NCBI GenBank assembly: GCA_003697105.1
Contig: RFFQ01000136.1
Span: forward strand, 1-38,226
DNA: 38,226 nt
Reading direction: 5' to 3'
From: Gemmatimonadota bacterium
GTDB lineage: Bacteria; 4572-55; J002
In this document: piece after piece, positions 36,183-38,226 of the stretch
How positions within the stretch are numbered: position 1 is the stretch's first letter
Layout of the letters: every line of letters begins with the position of its first letter
The notes under the pieces: generated by a model
The model's input: the letters and a program-made list of their open reading frames with translations, nothing else
Databases searched by the model: none
What the model was told of the DNA's origin: nothing
Program-made: the position numbers and the translations under genes

Positions 36183-36212
36183 GTTATATAATTTAATGTT
36201 TAATTATTTAAC
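36183..36212. promoter_or_regulatory. 30 bp imperfect palindrome, candidate MarR operator
   Basis: GTTA-T-ATAATT-TAATGTTT-AATTAT-T-TAAC between a minus-strand TTGACA (36248..36243) and the marR start. Confidence 0.65.
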
Positions 36213-36266
36213 TACGGGTTATATAATCCATAAAAAGAACACTGTCAAGAGAAAAATGAAAATACA

Positions 36267-36295
36267 TTGACAAAAAGAGATGCGTGTGTTAGAAT
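36267..36295 (+). promoter_or_regulatory. Near-consensus sigma70 promoter of the TPR-LuxR gene
   Basis: TTGACA-17 bp-TAGAAT with extended -10 TGn. Confidence 0.75.
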
Positions 36296-36320
36296 CGCCG
36301 AAAATTAGGGAGAAAACCTC

Positions 36321-38075
36321 ATGCCCCAAATCAACCCATCAAAAGTCCTCTCCCCCAAGAATCCTCTATCCCGAATCGAGTGGTTATGTAAACAGGGAGA
36401 AACTCTTCTTTATGCCGACCCAGAGACCGCACTCGCCTACGGCATGGATGCTTTAAACCTCGTTGAGCAGCATCAAAATATGTTAGGAAAGGCCAGAGCC
36501 CTAGCGCTAATCGGGGGTGTCCACATTGTACAGGGTAATTTCAATTCTGTCCTAGACTATCTGAATCAAGCTTTACAGCTATATTCAAACCTGAAGAATA
36601 CACTAGGAATGGCGGGTTGTTACAATCGAATCGCGTCACTCTATTTTATACAGGGCCATTACGAAGCAAGTTTGACCATGTACCAGCGTGCCCAACGTCT
36701 GTATGAACAAGATCGGGGCGAACCGTTGTCATACGCGAGGGTGTTGGGAAATATAGGAATTCTGTATGTGCGGCACGGCGACTATTCTACCGCGTTGGAA
36801 TATCACTTAAAGGCTTTAAGCATTTATCAACGCTTTGATAACCAAGCGGGAATTGCGAGTATATTTCATCATTTAGCCGCCCTGTATTATGAACAAGGCA
36901 ACCTGCAAATGGCGCAAGAGTACAATTTTCGGGCACTTTCGATAGAAGAACAGCAGGGGAATTTGCTTCGAGTCGCTTATCTGCTGACCAATATTGCAAC
37001 CACTTACGTTGATCTAAAAAAAAATGATCAGGCGATTACGTATGAAACCAAGGCAATCGATATCAAAAATAGGCTCAATAACCCGCACATGCTTGCAGAT
37101 TCTTACACAACGCTAGGTTTGGCGTATGAGGGATTACAGGAGTACACCAAAAGCTTGGATTATCATCTACAAGCACTGACAATCCGTCAAGAGGTTGGGG
37201 ATAACAACGGTCAGTTGATCTCGATACTAAACATCGGCAATATATATAATCAATTAGGCCACTATACCTCTTCGATTGATATTCTGAAAAAGGGTGTAGA
37301 ATTGAGTGAACAACAGGGTCAACCTCGCTTAAAATCAGATGCGCTTGCCCGTTTGGCATGGGCATATCTGAAGTTGAACCAGCTTGAAATCGCCCTAGAC
37401 ACCGGCTTAGCGGCGCTGACCATTGCCCAAGAGATTCAGGCAACAAAACAAATTCAGTACGCTGCGGAATGGCTCTGCCAGATTTATGAACAACAGGGAG
37501 ATTACCAGCATGCCGTTGAGTATCTTCGACTTGCCAAACAAACCAGTGAAGCACGGTTGAATACCGAAAATACCCGCCAACTCAACCAGATGCAAATGCA
37601 GTACGAAGCCCAGAAAAAAGAACAGGAACTCAGCCATCTCCACCAGGAATTGATTCTGCACAAAAAAGAACTCAAAACCATTGCCTTTACCGTAATTCAT
37701 CAACATGAACTACTGTTTGAAACAAAGAAAAAATTAACGGACATCCTTGCTAACCCCTCTTCCAAGAAAAAGTTACGCGAATTTATGCATTGGTTTGAAA
37801 ATCAGATTGACCCCGACAGAACGTGGGTCCAGTTTCAGCGATATTTCAAGCAAGATCAACATGATTTTTTAAACCGTTTAACCGAAGAATTTCCGAGCCT
37901 CACAGAACAACAACTCAAAATTTGTGTACTGATTCGTTCTGAATTTCATACGAAAGAAATTGCCCGCCTCCTATACATCACTGAGCAAAGTGTTCGTAAG
38001 CACCGCCAACGTATCCGCCGCAAACTCCATTTAGAAAAAAAACGGTCCCTCTCGGTGTTTTTAGTATCCTACTGA
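36321..38075 (+). CDS. TPR-repeat protein with C-terminal LuxR-type HTH
   Basis: Multiple ~40 aa TPRs (NIGILY...GDYSTALEYHLKAL), coiled coil, LTEQQLKICVLI...TKEIARLLYITEQSVRKHRQRIRRKL; GGGAG RBS. Confidence 0.92.
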   Translation: MPQINPSKVLSPKNPLSRIEWLCKQGETLLYADPETALAYGMDALNLVEQHQNMLGKARALALIGGVHIVQGNFNSVLDYLNQALQLYSNLKNTLGMAGCYNRIASLYFIQGHYEASLTMYQRAQRLYEQDRGEPLSYARVLGNIGILYVRHGDYSTALEYHLKALSIYQRFDNQAGIASIFHHLAALYYEQGNLQMAQEYNFRALSIEEQQGNLLRVAYLLTNIATTYVDLKKNDQAITYETKAIDIKNRLNNPHMLADSYTTLGLAYEGLQEYTKSLDYHLQALTIRQEVGDNNGQLISILNIGNIYNQLGHYTSSIDILKKGVELSEQQGQPRLKSDALARLAWAYLKLNQLEIALDTGLAALTIAQEIQATKQIQYAAEWLCQIYEQQGDYQHAVEYLRLAKQTSEARLNTENTRQLNQMQMQYEAQKKEQELSHLHQELILHKKELKTIAFTVIHQHELLFETKKKLTDILANPSSKKKLREFMHWFENQIDPDRTWVQFQRYFKQDQHDFLNRLTEEFPSLTEQQLKICVLIRSEFHTKEIARLLYITEQSVRKHRQRIRRKLHLEKKRSLSVFLVSY

Positions 38076-38226
38076 TTCCTCTCACTAACATTGAACCCCT
38101 AAATTTTCGCCCGCATAAACAAAAAATATCGCCTAGCAAAGTTATAATAAAGGGCTTTACCTCGGGGTGTCACTTTTTGACCGCTTACCCAAATTCACAC
38201 TATAGATATATTTATGAAATATTCAC

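Noticed and set aside
1-38226. CRISPR arrays, tRNA (including tRNA-Sec), rRNA, IS elements
   Set aside because: No spaced repeats, cloverleaf, rRNA-like tract or transposase was seen by eye; intergenic gaps are short.

Overview
Gene-dense chromosomal region of a diderm bacterium (TonB-dependent receptors, AsmA, Lnt, GT9). No CRISPR array, rRNA, tRNA or mobile element was seen. In order: an isolated GH108 muramidase; a selenophosphate synthetase that the ORF track truncates because it contains an in-frame UGA (CAG-U-ASK) followed by a SECIS-like hairpin; an ~11 kb minus-strand operon of three tandem TonB-dependent receptors sharing an N-terminal EL(S/L)FYELE(N/H)LL motif, two orphan periplasmic binding proteins, a HAMP-PAS histidine kinase and a single-domain receiver, with no permease or ATPase, the best candidate here for an undescribed trans-envelope sensing system; a hypothetical gene plus an AsmA-family gene; a membrane GAF-PP2C phosphatase / beta-propeller lipoprotein / KtrB / KtrA operon; a lipoprotein TPR-caspase / receiver / LppM-like lipoprotein / hybrid kinase operon; a stand-alone glyS; an alpha/beta hydrolase, GT9, lnt and a class II amidotransferase; an MhqR-like MarR operon (FMN reductase, cupin, pirin, YceI); and a TPR-LuxR regulator. 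Family calls come from motif recognition by eye, not database searches.
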